64,000 bases of DNA from Gammaproteobacteria bacterium (GTDB taxonomy: Bacteria > Pseudomonadota > Gammaproteobacteria > CAJXQU01): positions 1,856,001 through 1,920,000 of the forward strand of contig CBDEGZ010000003.1 of assembly GCA_965238175.1 (NCBI GenBank), read 5' to 3'. Below are positions 30,465 to 41,306 of the stretch, in pieces. How positions within the stretch are numbered: the first letter of the stretch is position 1; each line of letters opens with the position of its first letter. Both the position numbers and the translations under genes were made by a program. The notes beneath the pieces are model-generated. The model ran no database searches, was not told where the DNA came from, and was given only the letters and a program-made list of their open reading frames with translations.

Positions 30465-32177
30465 ATGGCGTTAACACCTCTATCCAAATGGCTAAATAGT
30501 CAGCCAGATAATATCGTCGCCGTTCAAAATGGGCATAAGAAATCCACGCGTGACTTTGTATCCCGAGTCCAGTTTTGGATCAACATTTTGAGAGACCGAA
30601 AAGGAGCCCGCTGGGCTGTTTATCACGAGGATACTTTCGAATTTCTAGCTATAGTCTATGCCTTGTGGCAGCTTGATAAAACAGCCTGTATCCCTGGGGA
30701 TAATCGACCAGGAACAGTACAAAGATTAAAAAATCATGTTGATGGTTTTGTAGGTGAGTTTCCAGCAGAAACAGTCACAGTTGATGAAGAATTTAATTCC
30801 ATAAAAGAATCTATGAACGAGATTAAACCCAAAGAATGGGTTGATCTGAAACATGATTTTCTTGCATTGGAAATTTATACATCAGGCTCAACAGGCGAAC
30901 CGAAACCAATCATAAAAACGATCTCACAATTAGAACGAGAACTTGAGGTCTTGGAGTTATTGTGGCCAAGTGATGTTGGATCAGTAGTTCTTGCAACCGT
31001 TTCTCATCAGCATCTTTACGGAATGACATTCCGTCTTTTTTGGCCCTTTAGCTCTGGTCGTGCATTTGAGCAAAAGATATGTGAATATCCTGAAGATATT
31101 ATTTATCAGGCTAAGTATTATCAATCACTTTCTCTAGTTTCTAGTCCATCACATTTGGGGCGAATGAATGACTCTTTGGATTGGCCTTCATTACACTGTC
31201 TACATGTTATCTCTTCCGCAGCGCCTTTAGCGAAAAAAGACAGCCTTAAATCAACCCAACTTTTGCGTGCACCTGTACGTGAAATTTATGGTAGTTCTGA
31301 GACGGGAGCTATTGCATGGAGAATACAAAAAGATAATGATCTAGATGCACTATGGCAGCCACTTCCTAAAGTCAACTTACGTTCGACTTCAGAAAATACA
31401 TTGGAGGTTCAATCTCCTTATCTTGGAACAATTAGCAGTTTTGTTTTACTAGATCGAATTGAATTTAATTCAGAAGGTGCTTTTAAATTGCTTGGAAGAA
31501 CTGATCGTATTGTTAAAGTTGAAGGAAAACGCGTTTCATTAACCATGATCGAAAATTTATTACTTGAAAATACTAATTTAGTAAAAAATGTCAAAGTGAT
31601 AACCCTTGAGCATTATAGAGTTGAGACTGCTGTGGTTCTGCAATTAACCGAAGAAGGTTCAAAGCAACTTAAGAAGCAAGGACGAAAAGCGCTTATTAAG
31701 ATTTTTAAAGAAAATTTGGTTGCACATCTAGAGGCCGTTGTACTGCCACGTCGCTGGCGATTTGTTGATCAAATGCCGTATAACAAACAAGGTAAATTAT
31801 CTTTGGCATCTTTAAAAACATTGTTTGAAAAAAAGCCTGTTATTTGGCCGAAAATTATTCAGCAAGAGAATGTTGATGGTGTGTTGACAATGGGATGTTA
31901 TATCTCTACAGACCTGCTTTATTTTGAAGGTCATTTTGACGAGAGGCCTGTATTACCAGGGATTGTTCAAGTGCATTGGGCACAATCATTTGGACGCCAA
32001 TTTTTACAAGTTGCTGGTAGTTTCATTCGTTTAGAAGTGATCAAATTTCAACAAATAATTTCGCCGGATTGTAATCTTAGTATCACGTTGAAATATGACT
32101 CGGCAACCATGAAACTAACGTTTAAATATGAATCGGATAAGGGCGTTCATTCCAGCGGCCGCATTTGTTTTGAGTAA
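30465..32177 (+). CDS. Acyl/aryl-ACP synthetase fused to a FabA-like dehydratase (ApeH-ApeI fusion)
   Basis: AMP-binding motifs TSGSTGEPK, EIYGSSETG and GRTDRIVK.EGKR. C-terminal YFEGHF..PVLPGIVQ hotdog domain. Confidence 0.88.
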   Translation: MALTPLSKWLNSQPDNIVAVQNGHKKSTRDFVSRVQFWINILRDRKGARWAVYHEDTFEFLAIVYALWQLDKTACIPGDNRPGTVQRLKNHVDGFVGEFPAETVTVDEEFNSIKESMNEIKPKEWVDLKHDFLALEIYTSGSTGEPKPIIKTISQLERELEVLELLWPSDVGSVVLATVSHQHLYGMTFRLFWPFSSGRAFEQKICEYPEDIIYQAKYYQSLSLVSSPSHLGRMNDSLDWPSLHCLHVISSAAPLAKKDSLKSTQLLRAPVREIYGSSETGAIAWRIQKDNDLDALWQPLPKVNLRSTSENTLEVQSPYLGTISSFVLLDRIEFNSEGAFKLLGRTDRIVKVEGKRVSLTMIENLLLENTNLVKNVKVITLEHYRVETAVVLQLTEEGSKQLKKQGRKALIKIFKENLVAHLEAVVLPRRWRFVDQMPYNKQGKLSLASLKTLFEKKPVIWPKIIQQENVDGVLTMGCYISTDLLYFEGHFDERPVLPGIVQVHWAQSFGRQFLQVAGSFIRLEVIKFQQIISPDCNLSITLKYDSATMKLTFKYESDKGVHSSGRICFE

Positions 32178-32925
32178 CGATCCTTATTTCAATCCGGCAA
32201 TTTTGATCCCGGTCTATAATCATGAGCACGCGATAAGTGTGACATTGGGAGAAGCGCTTCAGCAGGATTGTCCTGTATTATTGGTTGACGATGGTTGTGA
32301 TGCTGTTTGTAGGGATGTGTTGGTGGCACTGAGTGAAAAGTATCCTGCTCGCGTTATGTTGTTAAGATTAGAACAAAATGGAGGGAAGGGCGCTGCCGTT
32401 AAAGCGGGCATGAAAGCCTTACTAACGAAAGGCCATAGTCATGCTGTTCAAATTGATGCTGATGGTCAGCATGATCTTTCTGATCTTCCAATCTTTCTTG
32501 AAATGGGAGAAAAAAATTCTAAATCATTAGTGACCGGTTATCCGAAATTCGATGAATCTATACCTAAAGCTCGATATTATAGCCGCTATTTAACGCATGT
32601 TTGGGTTTGGATAAATACACTCTCGTTTAAAATTCGCGATACGATGTGTGGCTTTCGAGTTTATCCCTTGAAGAGTGTAATGGACATGCTGGAACAAGAA
32701 CCCTGTGGGGATCGAATGAGTTTTGATACAGAAGTTATTGTACGTTGGTTTTGGCGCGATGGTGAAATTATAAATATACCAACGTTTGTAGGTTATCCTA
32801 TTGATGGCGTTTCACACTTCGATGTCTGGCAAGATAATTTTCTTATTACGATGATGCACACGCGACTTTTTTTCGGAATGTTGCGACGATTTCCTAGACT
32901 TTTTTGGCGTAGATTCAATGGCTAG
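32170..32925 (+). CDS. Glycosyltransferase family 2 (ApeJ N-terminal half)
   Basis: IPVYNH, VDDG, NGGKGAA, IDADGQH and DTMCGFRVY. Start probably TTG 32170 (track start 32128). Confidence 0.88.
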   Translation: MSNDPYFNPAILIPVYNHEHAISVTLGEALQQDCPVLLVDDGCDAVCRDVLVALSEKYPARVMLLRLEQNGGKGAAVKAGMKALLTKGHSHAVQIDADGQHDLSDLPIFLEMGEKNSKSLVTGYPKFDESIPKARYYSRYLTHVWVWINTLSFKIRDTMCGFRVYPLKSVMDMLEQEPCGDRMSFDTEVIVRWFWRDGEIINIPTFVGYPIDGVSHFDVWQDNFLITMMHTRLFFGMLRRFPRLFWRRFNG

Positions 32926-33874
32926 ATTGGATACACATTGGTCAAGAGCAGGTGAGGCCGGAACCTTTCTCGGGATGAAGCTAATGTTGCTAGCTTACCG
33001 AATATTTGGCCGTATTGGGTTTCGTTTCTTTTTGTACCCAGTGATGGTTTATTATTATTTGGTTCGAAAAGAAGCACGTCTAGCATCGAAACAATATCTC
33101 GAAAGAATTCAGCCTTTTCTCCAAAAAGATCAAAAAAGATCACTTTCTTCATTCCAACATTTTATAACCTTTGGTGAATTGTTGTTGGATAAGTTTCTTG
33201 CTTGGATGGGAAAGATACGAAGAGAAGATGTTGTTTTTGAGACTAAAACCTTACTTAATAATATTAATAATGGTGGTTATGAAAGAGGTGGGATTATCAT
33301 TGTCTCCCACTTAGGCAATACGGAAATTTGTAACGCACTTGCGTACCAGTTACCGAATATTCGATTGAGTCTATTGGTTTATACTCAACATGCTGAAAAG
33401 TATAACTCGTTAGTTAAAAAAGATAATAAAAATGCACGTATTGATATTTTGCAGGTAACTGAGGTGTCACCAGTAACCGCGATGCTTTTGTCTGATCGGA
33501 TAAATAATGGTGAGTATATTATTATCAGCGGTGATCGGACCCCTGTTTCTGGAAAAGGTCGAGTTTCTGAAGTTACTTTTCTTGGACACACAGCACCTAT
33601 GCCGCAAGGTGCTTTTTTGATCGCTAGTCTATTGGAGTGTCCCGTTTATCTTTTGTTTTGTTTAAAGCAAAAGAAACAATATCATATTTATGTTGAGTTA
33701 TTTTCAGAGCGATTAAAATTTCTCCGTAAAAAACGACATATAGAAATTAGTAAGGTGGTTCAAGATTATGCAAAAAGGTTGGAATATTTTTGTATAAAAG
33801 CACCATTGCAATGGTTGAACTTTTTCCCTTTTTGGAATGATAATTTAGAAGAAAATTTTGAGGGCCGAAAATGA
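32918..33874 (+). CDS. LpxL-like acyltransferase (ApeJ C-terminal half)
   Basis: HW...E.G, SHLGNTE, GDRTP and PLQW.NFF.FW. Confidence 0.85.
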   Translation: MARLDTHWSRAGEAGTFLGMKLMLLAYRIFGRIGFRFFLYPVMVYYYLVRKEARLASKQYLERIQPFLQKDQKRSLSSFQHFITFGELLLDKFLAWMGKIRREDVVFETKTLLNNINNGGYERGGIIIVSHLGNTEICNALAYQLPNIRLSLLVYTQHAEKYNSLVKKDNKNARIDILQVTEVSPVTAMLLSDRINNGEYIIISGDRTPVSGKGRVSEVTFLGHTAPMPQGAFLIASLLECPVYLLFCLKQKKQYHIYVELFSERLKFLRKKRHIEISKVVQDYAKRLEYFCIKAPLQWLNFFPFWNDNLEENFEGRK

Positions 33875-34278
33875 TAGAAGCTCAAGTTGTGATAAAAGTT
33901 CCTTTCCATGATGTCGATGTAATGCACGTTGTATGGCATGGGCATTATATAAAATATTTGGAAATTTCACGTTGTGCGTTACTCGACAAAATTGATTATA
34001 ACTATCCCCAAATGAAAAAGTCTGGTTATGCATGGCCTGTAATTGATGTTCGTGTTCGTTATGCTCAACCTTTACGTTTCCAACAGAAAGTTCGAGTTAC
34101 AGCAAAAGTAGTGGAGTGGGAAAACCGACTGAAGATAGAGTACTTGATTGAAGATATTGAGAGTGGTCAACGTTTAACGAAAGCTTATACCGTGCAGGTA
34201 GCAGTTGATATGAATAATGAGGAAATGATGTTCGTATCGCCAGATGTTCTCTTGCAAAAACTAGGAATTGAGTCGTGA
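33871..34278 (+). CDS. Acyl-CoA thioesterase, 4-hydroxybenzoyl-CoA thioesterase family (ApeK-like)
   Basis: PFHDVD.M.VVWHGHY.KY.E. Confidence 0.9.
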   Translation: MIEAQVVIKVPFHDVDVMHVVWHGHYIKYLEISRCALLDKIDYNYPQMKKSGYAWPVIDVRVRYAQPLRFQQKVRVTAKVVEWENRLKIEYLIEDIESGQRLTKAYTVQVAVDMNNEEMMFVSPDVLLQKLGIES

Positions 34279-34850
34279 TTAAACTGATCACATTTTTTAT
34301 ATACTTATTTATATTTCCGATCAACTCTTTAGCTGAACTCACTTTTGAACAGCTTGAAGAGATTTCAATCACTCCTGAAAATCTAGAAGGCAACTTTAGC
34401 CAAGAGAAATATCTCTCCGTATTAGATACGTCACTCACTTCATCAGGTATCTTTAAATATCAGAGAAGTAAACAAATCCATTGGAAAACACTCAAACCAA
34501 TCCAAAATGAATTGATAATGACGCCTGAAAAAGTAGTCAATAAACAGGGTGATAAGATTCTTATGCAATTGGATATTAATGAGAATCCAACTATTACAAT
34601 TCTTAGCAAAATTTTCTTTTCAGTTCTCACTTCGGATTGGGGAAAGCTATCGGATCACTTTAATCTGACTGGAACCCTGGAAGGTGAAAAATGGGATGCT
34701 GAACTTGTACCATTAGATAAAACGATTGCTCAAGTGGTTAGTCAGATAGAGCTAAAAGGAGATGTTTTACTTCATAAAATTGTTATGTATGAGAGTGAAG
34801 GTAATCGAACCACTATAACCTTTACTGATCTGGATAATTATCAAGAATAA
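34275..34850 (+). CDS. LolA-like outer-membrane lipoprotein carrier (ApeL-like)
   Basis: Signal peptide; F.QEK.L..L...L.SSG.F, W...L.P and E.EGN.T.I.F. Confidence 0.82.
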   Translation: MIKLITFFIYLFIFPINSLAELTFEQLEEISITPENLEGNFSQEKYLSVLDTSLTSSGIFKYQRSKQIHWKTLKPIQNELIMTPEKVVNKQGDKILMQLDINENPTITILSKIFFSVLTSDWGKLSDHFNLTGTLEGEKWDAELVPLDKTIAQVVSQIELKGDVLLHKIVMYESEGNRTTITFTDLDNYQE

Positions 34851-37189
34851 TGGGTGTTCGTTTTTCCCTTTCAAGGTTAATTGCTTTTAGCTGGTTAGTT
34901 TTAGTTATTTTTATTGTCTTACTCGCAGTAAGAAAAGACCCATCATTTGATTCTAGTCTTATATCGCTATTACCGACGTCTGAGCAAAAGCCACTTGTAC
35001 AACATGCAGTTGACAAGATAGGAGAAAAATTTTCTAAACGATTAATTATGCTGGTAGCAGGCCAGGATGAAGAAGATGTTCGTTCGGCTGTAAGCTCTTT
35101 AGCTAAAAGTTTATCTAATACAAACACATCAATAACGGCTGATATTTCTGATGTTATTTGGCAGGTTGATGATGATGTGGTTCGTTTACAAAACGAATTG
35201 TATCTCTATCGATTCTCTGTGCTTGATGCAAATGTAAGGTCACTATTACAGACAAAAGATTATAAACAATTATTTGATAAAGCATTGTTCCGTTTATACA
35301 GCCCTATGCCTATGGGTGGAGGCTCTATTATTGAAGATCCTTTTGGATTTTTTTCTGAGCTTTCTCTAAATCGTTATGGGGGATTAAATGTTGAAGTTCT
35401 AAACACGATGTTGAAAGTTGTCGGCACCGAAGAACCGACGTATATGTTGATCGCAAACCTTTCTGAGGAGCCATATTCTCCAGCAGTACAGGACCGAATA
35501 TTGTCGGTAATCGCCGATCAAAAGAAGTTGTTAAGTGAGTCAAATATCAGTCTAAAAATGTCCGGTATGTTGTTACATGCAGCAGCAGGAGCTCGTCAAG
35601 CTCGTAGCGAAATTTCTACCATAGGAATTGGTTCTTTGTTGGGCATAGTTTTTATCATGTTTTTTATATTCGGACGGATTAAACCGTTACTGTTAATTTT
35701 GCTGGCTGTGATGATTGGTTGTCTGACAGCAGCTTCGGTTACGATGCTGGTTTTTGATAAAGTTCATTTGATAACTTTTGCTTTTGGCGCGGGATTAGTT
35801 GGGGTTTCGATTGATTATTCTTTACATTTTCTATGTGAACGTCAAATTTCATCTTCTGCAAAAATATTAAAAATCATATTGCCTGGATTATTGATGGCCT
35901 TGTTTTCCAGTACTATGGCTTATGCTGCCCAGGCCCTAACACCATTTCCCGGATTACGTCAGATGGCAGTGTTCTCTGCTGTTGGATTGGTATCAGCATG
36001 GATAACAGTTGTGTTGTGGTTTCCATTATTGACTAAACTTGACCGGCAGCATCCAATAATTCTAGCAGATAAACTAAGGTGGTTACGTGATAAATTCCCT
36101 TTAATAAAAGGAAATTATTTTCTTTCTTTTGTATTAGCCTTACTTCTAATTTTTTCAATTAAATCACTATTAGGGAGTAAGAGCTCAGATGATATTCGAT
36201 TATTGCAAACCTCTCCTGCAAGCCTCATATCTCAAGAAGAAAATGTACGAAAAACTTTGGGGATTAGTAGTAGTTCTCAATTTATTTTGATTTCAGGTGG
36301 TTCGATAGAGGAATGCTTGCAAAAAGAAGAAGAAATTATTATTGATCTTGAAGATCTAAAAGCAACGGGTTATATAGAAGGCTATCAAGCATTGTCATCA
36401 ATGCTACCTTCGCTAGCTCGTCAAAAAGAGAATAGTAAATTTGTCGCGAATATGTATCAACAAAAACTGGTGGCATATTTTGAACAGCTGAAGCTTTCGG
36501 AAGAAAAACTATCTGATGCAAGAATAAGTTTTGAACAAAACAAAACAAAGTTTCTTACACTGGAAGTATGGATGGAACAGAAGGGCAGCGAGAGCTGGAA
36601 AGATCTCATTGTCATGCAAACGGAAAAAAAATCTGCAACTGTAATTCGTATTAATAGTGTCTTGAACGATGATGCAAAGCAGAAATTGATCATATTATCC
36701 GAGAATGAACCCGATGTATTTTTTGTTGATCAAGTAAAGAATATTTCTGATCTGATAAGTAGTTATCGTGCACAAGTTGGCCGCTTGGTTTTGTTGGCTT
36801 ATACCTGTGTTTTGCTCGTTTTGTTGCTTCGTTATAAACGTCAAATATGGCGAGTTATGTTGCCCCCTATTTTGGCTTCTATTTTTACTCTAGCAGTAAT
36901 AGTGCAAATAGAAGGAGGTATAAACTTATTTCATCTTATGGCACTTATTCTAGTGTTGGGAATCGGTTTGGATATGGGGATATTTCTATTTGAAAATAAT
37001 GAAAGTTCGCATACATGGTTGGCAGTTTCACTTTCAACTTTAACAAGTTTATTAGCATTTGGATTACTCTCATTAAGTGAAACACCTGTTTTACATCATT
37101 TTGGTTTAACGGTTTTAGTTGGGTTAAGTTTTGTTTGGCTTCTAGCTACTCTTGTACGTAAAAATAATTCTGGAGAGGTTTATTCATGA
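34850..37189 (+). CDS. MMPL/RND-family exporter (ApeM-like)
   Basis: Multi-TM; LVGVSIDYSLH, LVLGIGLD and LLAFGLL.LS.TP. Confidence 0.88.
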   Translation: MGVRFSLSRLIAFSWLVLVIFIVLLAVRKDPSFDSSLISLLPTSEQKPLVQHAVDKIGEKFSKRLIMLVAGQDEEDVRSAVSSLAKSLSNTNTSITADISDVIWQVDDDVVRLQNELYLYRFSVLDANVRSLLQTKDYKQLFDKALFRLYSPMPMGGGSIIEDPFGFFSELSLNRYGGLNVEVLNTMLKVVGTEEPTYMLIANLSEEPYSPAVQDRILSVIADQKKLLSESNISLKMSGMLLHAAAGARQARSEISTIGIGSLLGIVFIMFFIFGRIKPLLLILLAVMIGCLTAASVTMLVFDKVHLITFAFGAGLVGVSIDYSLHFLCERQISSSAKILKIILPGLLMALFSSTMAYAAQALTPFPGLRQMAVFSAVGLVSAWITVVLWFPLLTKLDRQHPIILADKLRWLRDKFPLIKGNYFLSFVLALLLIFSIKSLLGSKSSDDIRLLQTSPASLISQEENVRKTLGISSSSQFILISGGSIEECLQKEEEIIIDLEDLKATGYIEGYQALSSMLPSLARQKENSKFVANMYQQKLVAYFEQLKLSEEKLSDARISFEQNKTKFLTLEVWMEQKGSESWKDLIVMQTEKKSATVIRINSVLNDDAKQKLIILSENEPDVFFVDQVKNISDLISSYRAQVGRLVLLAYTCVLLVLLLRYKRQIWRVMLPPILASIFTLAVIVQIEGGINLFHLMALILVLGIGLDMGIFLFENNESSHTWLAVSLSTLTSLLAFGLLSLSETPVLHHFGLTVLVGLSFVWLLATLVRKNNSGEVYS

Positions 37190-38415
37190 CAATCCCTCAA
37201 GGAGAGTTTGATGTCATTGTTATTGGAGCAGGACCTTCTGGTGCGGTAGCATCGGCTTTGTTAAATAAAAAAGGTTATCGAGTTTTAGTTTTAGAAAAAG
37301 AACACTTCCCCCGCTTTTCAATTGGTGAAAGCTTGTTGCCACAATGCATGGTTCATTTAGAAGAAGCAGGTATGTTGAATGCAGTCAAAAAAGCTGCTTT
37401 TCAGTTTAAAAATGGTGCGGCATTTTCTTGCGGGGATGAATATGATTTCTTTGATTTCAGGAAGAAATTTTCCGAAGGTTGGGGAACGACATTCCAGGTT
37501 CAGCGAGATCGTTTTGATAAAATACTTGCAGATGAAGCCGAAAAACAAGGTGTAGAGATTTATTATGGCCACTGTGTAACAGCTTTTGACTATGAATCAG
37601 AAGAAGTGAGGCTTTCTGTAGAAACTGATCAAAATGAGAGGTATGACATCAAGGCAAAATTTGCATTGGATGCTAGTGGTTTTGGACGAGTGCTACCGCG
37701 ACTTTTAGAACTAAATTTGCCATCAAACCTTGAGCATAGAACATCTGTTTTTACGCATGTAAAAGACAATATTACTGATAGTCGATATGACCGTAATAAA
37801 ATTCTTATTACAGTACATTCTAGTCATCAAAATATTTGGTATTGGTTAATTCCTTTTAGTAATGGAAGGGCATCTGTTGGTGTTGTTACGCCACAAAAAT
37901 TTCTTACTAGTATGGATGATTCTGAAAATAAATTAAAAGATCTTATCTCTCAGGGAGGCATGCTAGCTGATGTATTGAAAGATGCTGAGTTTGATACACC
38001 GGTTAGGGATATTGGTGGATACTCCTGCAAAGTGAAACAGTTGCACGGCGATGGATTTGCATTGTTAGGTAATGCTGGCGAGTTTCTTGACCCTGTGTTT
38101 TCATCAGGAGTTACCATCGCATTAAAATCAGCATCACTAGCAGCAAAAGTGGTTGACCAACACTTGACGGGAATGCAGCCGGACTGGGAGCAGGAATTTG
38201 CTAATCCTCTAAAACAAGGAGTGGACGCTTTCCGAGCTTTTGTTGAGGGATGGTATGATGGATCCTTTCAGGATGTTGTGTTTTCAAAGAAAAAGGATAA
38301 AAAAGTTAATCGTATGATTAGTTCTATTCTGGCAGGTTATGCTTGGGATCTTAATAATCCATATGTGAAAAATACAGATCGTTTAAATACTTTAGCTGAG
38401 TTTTGTCGCGAGTGA
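37186..38415 (+). CDS. FAD-dependent oxidoreductase, flavin-dependent halogenase-like
   Basis: GAGPSG Rossmann motif, FPRFSIGESL, WYWLIP (WxWxIP halogenase motif) and GNAGEFLDPVFSSG. Confidence 0.8.
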   Translation: MTIPQGEFDVIVIGAGPSGAVASALLNKKGYRVLVLEKEHFPRFSIGESLLPQCMVHLEEAGMLNAVKKAAFQFKNGAAFSCGDEYDFFDFRKKFSEGWGTTFQVQRDRFDKILADEAEKQGVEIYYGHCVTAFDYESEEVRLSVETDQNERYDIKAKFALDASGFGRVLPRLLELNLPSNLEHRTSVFTHVKDNITDSRYDRNKILITVHSSHQNIWYWLIPFSNGRASVGVVTPQKFLTSMDDSENKLKDLISQGGMLADVLKDAEFDTPVRDIGGYSCKVKQLHGDGFALLGNAGEFLDPVFSSGVTIALKSASLAAKVVDQHLTGMQPDWEQEFANPLKQGVDAFRAFVEGWYDGSFQDVVFSKKKDKKVNRMISSILAGYAWDLNNPYVKNTDRLNTLAEFCRE

Positions 38416-38951
38416 TCAGAATAGCCCTTCTATTGATTATGTTTTACGTTAGTGGCTGTAGTTCATTAATACCACAGTTTTTTGAACCAGAAGAATTCAA
38501 ATTGTTACCTCCGGATCAAGGTCCTGAAGCGGTGCTTTTGAAACAAACTGTTACGATGGAAGCCCTGGGTGAACAACACCAGGTTCTATCCGTTGTTCGA
38601 TTGGAGCAAGAGCAAGTAATAATGGTTGCCCTTTTACCTACAGGACAACAACTATTATCTATTACTTATGATGGTGAAAAACTAACACAAGAAAACTATT
38701 CTCCGTTGGCGATTCCTGGAGAAGAAATACTCGCAATTATGCAGCTTGCATTATGGCCAGAGCCTTCAATTGAAGAGCATTACCCGGAGAGTGAAGGGTG
38801 GTTTTTAGAGTTTTCACCTGGCGAGAGAAAACTAAGAAGTGCCTCAAAAACATTGTTGAAGATTAACTATCAGGATGATGGTTTGATCATTGGAAATTAT
38901 CTACATAATTATAGGATAATTATTCATACGCTGGAGGAAAAAGTACTATGA
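38412..38951 (+). CDS. DUF3261-type lipoprotein (ApeN-like)
   Basis: Lipobox VSGC; ILA.MQLALWP; position before the ketosynthase. Confidence 0.75.
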   Translation: MIRIALLLIMFYVSGCSSLIPQFFEPEEFKLLPPDQGPEAVLLKQTVTMEALGEQHQVLSVVRLEQEQVIMVALLPTGQQLLSITYDGEKLTQENYSPLAIPGEEILAIMQLALWPEPSIEEHYPESEGWFLEFSPGERKLRSASKTLLKINYQDDGLIIGNYLHNYRIIIHTLEEKVL

Positions 38952-40135
38952 CTGCATCGAAATGTTACCTCAATGCGTTGGGTATGCTTTGTGCCATCGG
39001 AGATTCAACTGATGCTGTAAGGGTGAGTCTCTTGTCGCAGAAAACCAACCTAACGGTCACCGATGCATATAGCGCAGGTCAGCCTTTACCTCTTGGGCTT
39101 TATCATGGGGTTTTACCCCAGATCCAGCTAGTAGATAAAATGTGGCATTGTCGAAATAATCAATTTGCTATGGCAGCACTTGAGCAAATTAATGAGCAAG
39201 TGAAAGCTGTGATTATAAAATATGGTGCTGATCGGATTGGTGTTGTGATCGGAACCAGTACATCAGCTATTGTAGAAAGTGAATCTGGGATCAAAAATTT
39301 TATTCAAAATGGAGAGATCCCTCCTGAGTACGACTATAGCTTCCAGGAAATGGGTTTGACAGCACAGTTTGTCGCATCATTGTTGTCTACGAAAGGCCCT
39401 GCTTATGGAATATCGACGGCTTGTTCTTCAGGGGCTAAAGCGTTGGCGACAGCAAGGCGTTTGATTCAGGCGGGAATTTGTGACGCGGTTATTGCCGGTG
39501 GAGTTGATACTTTGTGTCACTTGACTGTACAAGGTTTTTCTTCGTTAGAAGCTGTAAGCGATAGTCAATGTAATCCTTTTAGTCATAATCGAAATGGTAT
39601 TAATATTGGTGAAGGGGCTGCACTTTTTTTAGTCTCCGCTCAAAATGAAGGCGTTGAATTGACTGGTGTTGGTGAAGGATCTGATGCACATCATATTTCT
39701 GCACCTGATCCCACCGGCGCAGGTGCCACCAGATGCATGATTGCCGCTTTAGAAGATGGTGATGTGCAATCAACTGAGGTGGGCTATGTGAATTTGCATG
39801 GTACTGCTACGGTTTTAAATGATCAGATGGAATCAATCGCAATGAATACCGTATTTGGATCAGATACGTTATGTAGTTCTACAAAACCATTTACGGGACA
39901 TACCCTCGGTGCTGCCGGAGCAATTGAGGCAGGTATTTGCTGGCTAACGCTACAAGATAAATCTAAGCCTTTATTACCAGTGCATCTTTGGGATGGTGCT
40001 ATTGATCCAGAATTGTCACCCATAAAGTTAGTCAAATCGGAAGTTCAACTTGAAGCTTCATTGAATTATGCTCTTAGTAATTCATTCGCTTTTGGCGGGA
40101 ATAATATTTCTCTTCTTTTGGGACGAATTGAATGA
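38948..40135 (+). CDS. Beta-ketoacyl-ACP synthase (ApeO-like)
   Basis: STACSSG, NLHGTAT..ND, GHTLGAAG and SNSFAFGG. Confidence 0.9.
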   Translation: MTASKCYLNALGMLCAIGDSTDAVRVSLLSQKTNLTVTDAYSAGQPLPLGLYHGVLPQIQLVDKMWHCRNNQFAMAALEQINEQVKAVIIKYGADRIGVVIGTSTSAIVESESGIKNFIQNGEIPPEYDYSFQEMGLTAQFVASLLSTKGPAYGISTACSSGAKALATARRLIQAGICDAVIAGGVDTLCHLTVQGFSSLEAVSDSQCNPFSHNRNGINIGEGAALFLVSAQNEGVELTGVGEGSDAHHISAPDPTGAGATRCMIAALEDGDVQSTEVGYVNLHGTATVLNDQMESIAMNTVFGSDTLCSSTKPFTGHTLGAAGAIEAGICWLTLQDKSKPLLPVHLWDGAIDPELSPIKLVKSEVQLEASLNYALSNSFAFGGNNISLLLGRIE

Positions 40136-40584
40136 AGCCCGAATATAAAGTAGAAGAGCTTGTTCCTCACTCTGGCAGGATGAGATTGATCGACGAGATT
40201 GTTGATCACGGCGAGGACTGGCTACATGCTGAAGTGCGAATCACAGAGGAATCTATGTTTGTTGAAGCGCAGGGGGTTCCTGCCTGGATTGGTTTGGAGT
40301 ATCTCGCACAAACTGTTGCTGCTTTTGCTGGTTTGCAAGAGCGCATGGAAGGAGAGGAGCCAAAGCTTGGTTTTTTGGTTGGTACACGAAAATATGTTTG
40401 TTCAAAAGGTTATTTTAAAATAGGGCGGGTTTTATCGTTAAAGGTAGAGAAAGAGATGGAGACTGAAGCCGGGCTGAGTGTTTTTAAGTGTGGGTTACAT
40501 GGCCAAGAAGTCGAGGCTTCAGCTATTTTGAATGTCTTTCAGCCTGAGGATGTTAATAAATTCTTAAGGGACTCAATTAAATGA
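40132..40584 (+). CDS. Hotdog-fold 3-hydroxyacyl-ACP dehydratase partner (ApeP-like)
   Basis: LVPHSG.M.LID, EYLAQ and GFLVGTR. Confidence 0.85.
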   Translation: MKPEYKVEELVPHSGRMRLIDEIVDHGEDWLHAEVRITEESMFVEAQGVPAWIGLEYLAQTVAAFAGLQERMEGEEPKLGFLVGTRKYVCSKGYFKIGRVLSLKVEKEMETEAGLSVFKCGLHGQEVEASAILNVFQPEDVNKFLRDSIK

Positions 40585-41306
40585 GTAAAACAATTTTGGT
40601 GACGGGATCTAGCCGTGGGATCGGCAAAGGTATTGCATTACGTTTAGCAAAGGATGGGTATGATCTTGTTCTGCATTGTAAGGATAATCGAGATCAGGTA
40701 GATGTTGTCGCAGATCAAATTAAGGGGATGGGACGAGAAGGGCGAGTACTACAGTTTGATATAAGTAACCGTGAGCAATGTAAGGCAAGTCTCGAAGTCG
40801 ATATTGAACAATTTGGAGCATATTATGGCGTGGTCTGTAATGCTGGGATTACTAGAGACAATGCTTTTCCTGCCATGCCTGGTGAAGAATGGGATTTTGT
40901 TCTTCGAACGAATTTAGATGGATTTTATAATGTCTTACACCCAATTATTATGCCGATGATACAGCGTCGAAAAGCATCTCGGATTGTCACCTTATCATCC
41001 GTCTCCGGTGAAATGGGTAATCGAGGGCAAGTTAATTATAGCGCTGCCAAAGCAGGAATTATTGGAGCGACAAAAGCATTAGCAGTTGAACTTGCGAAAC
41101 GAAAAATTACAGTTAATTGTGTCGCACCTGGACTAATTAATACGGAAATGATGGAAAATGTAGCTTTAGATGAAGCATTGAAAATAGTACCGATGCAACG
41201 AGTTGGAAGTGTAGGAGAGGTTGCCGGAACGGTTAGTTTTCTAATGTCGGAGGATGCCGCTTACATCACTCGGCAAGTGATTTCTGTAAATGGTGGGATG
41301 TATTAA
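40581..41306 (+). CDS. fabG: 3-oxoacyl-ACP reductase (ApeQ-like)
   Basis: TGSSRGIG, NAG, YSAAK and NCVAPG. Confidence 0.9.
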   Translation: MSKTILVTGSSRGIGKGIALRLAKDGYDLVLHCKDNRDQVDVVADQIKGMGREGRVLQFDISNREQCKASLEVDIEQFGAYYGVVCNAGITRDNAFPAMPGEEWDFVLRTNLDGFYNVLHPIIMPMIQRRKASRIVTLSSVSGEMGNRGQVNYSAAKAGIIGATKALAVELAKRKITVNCVAPGLINTEMMENVALDEALKIVPMQRVGSVGEVAGTVSFLMSEDAAYITRQVISVNGGMY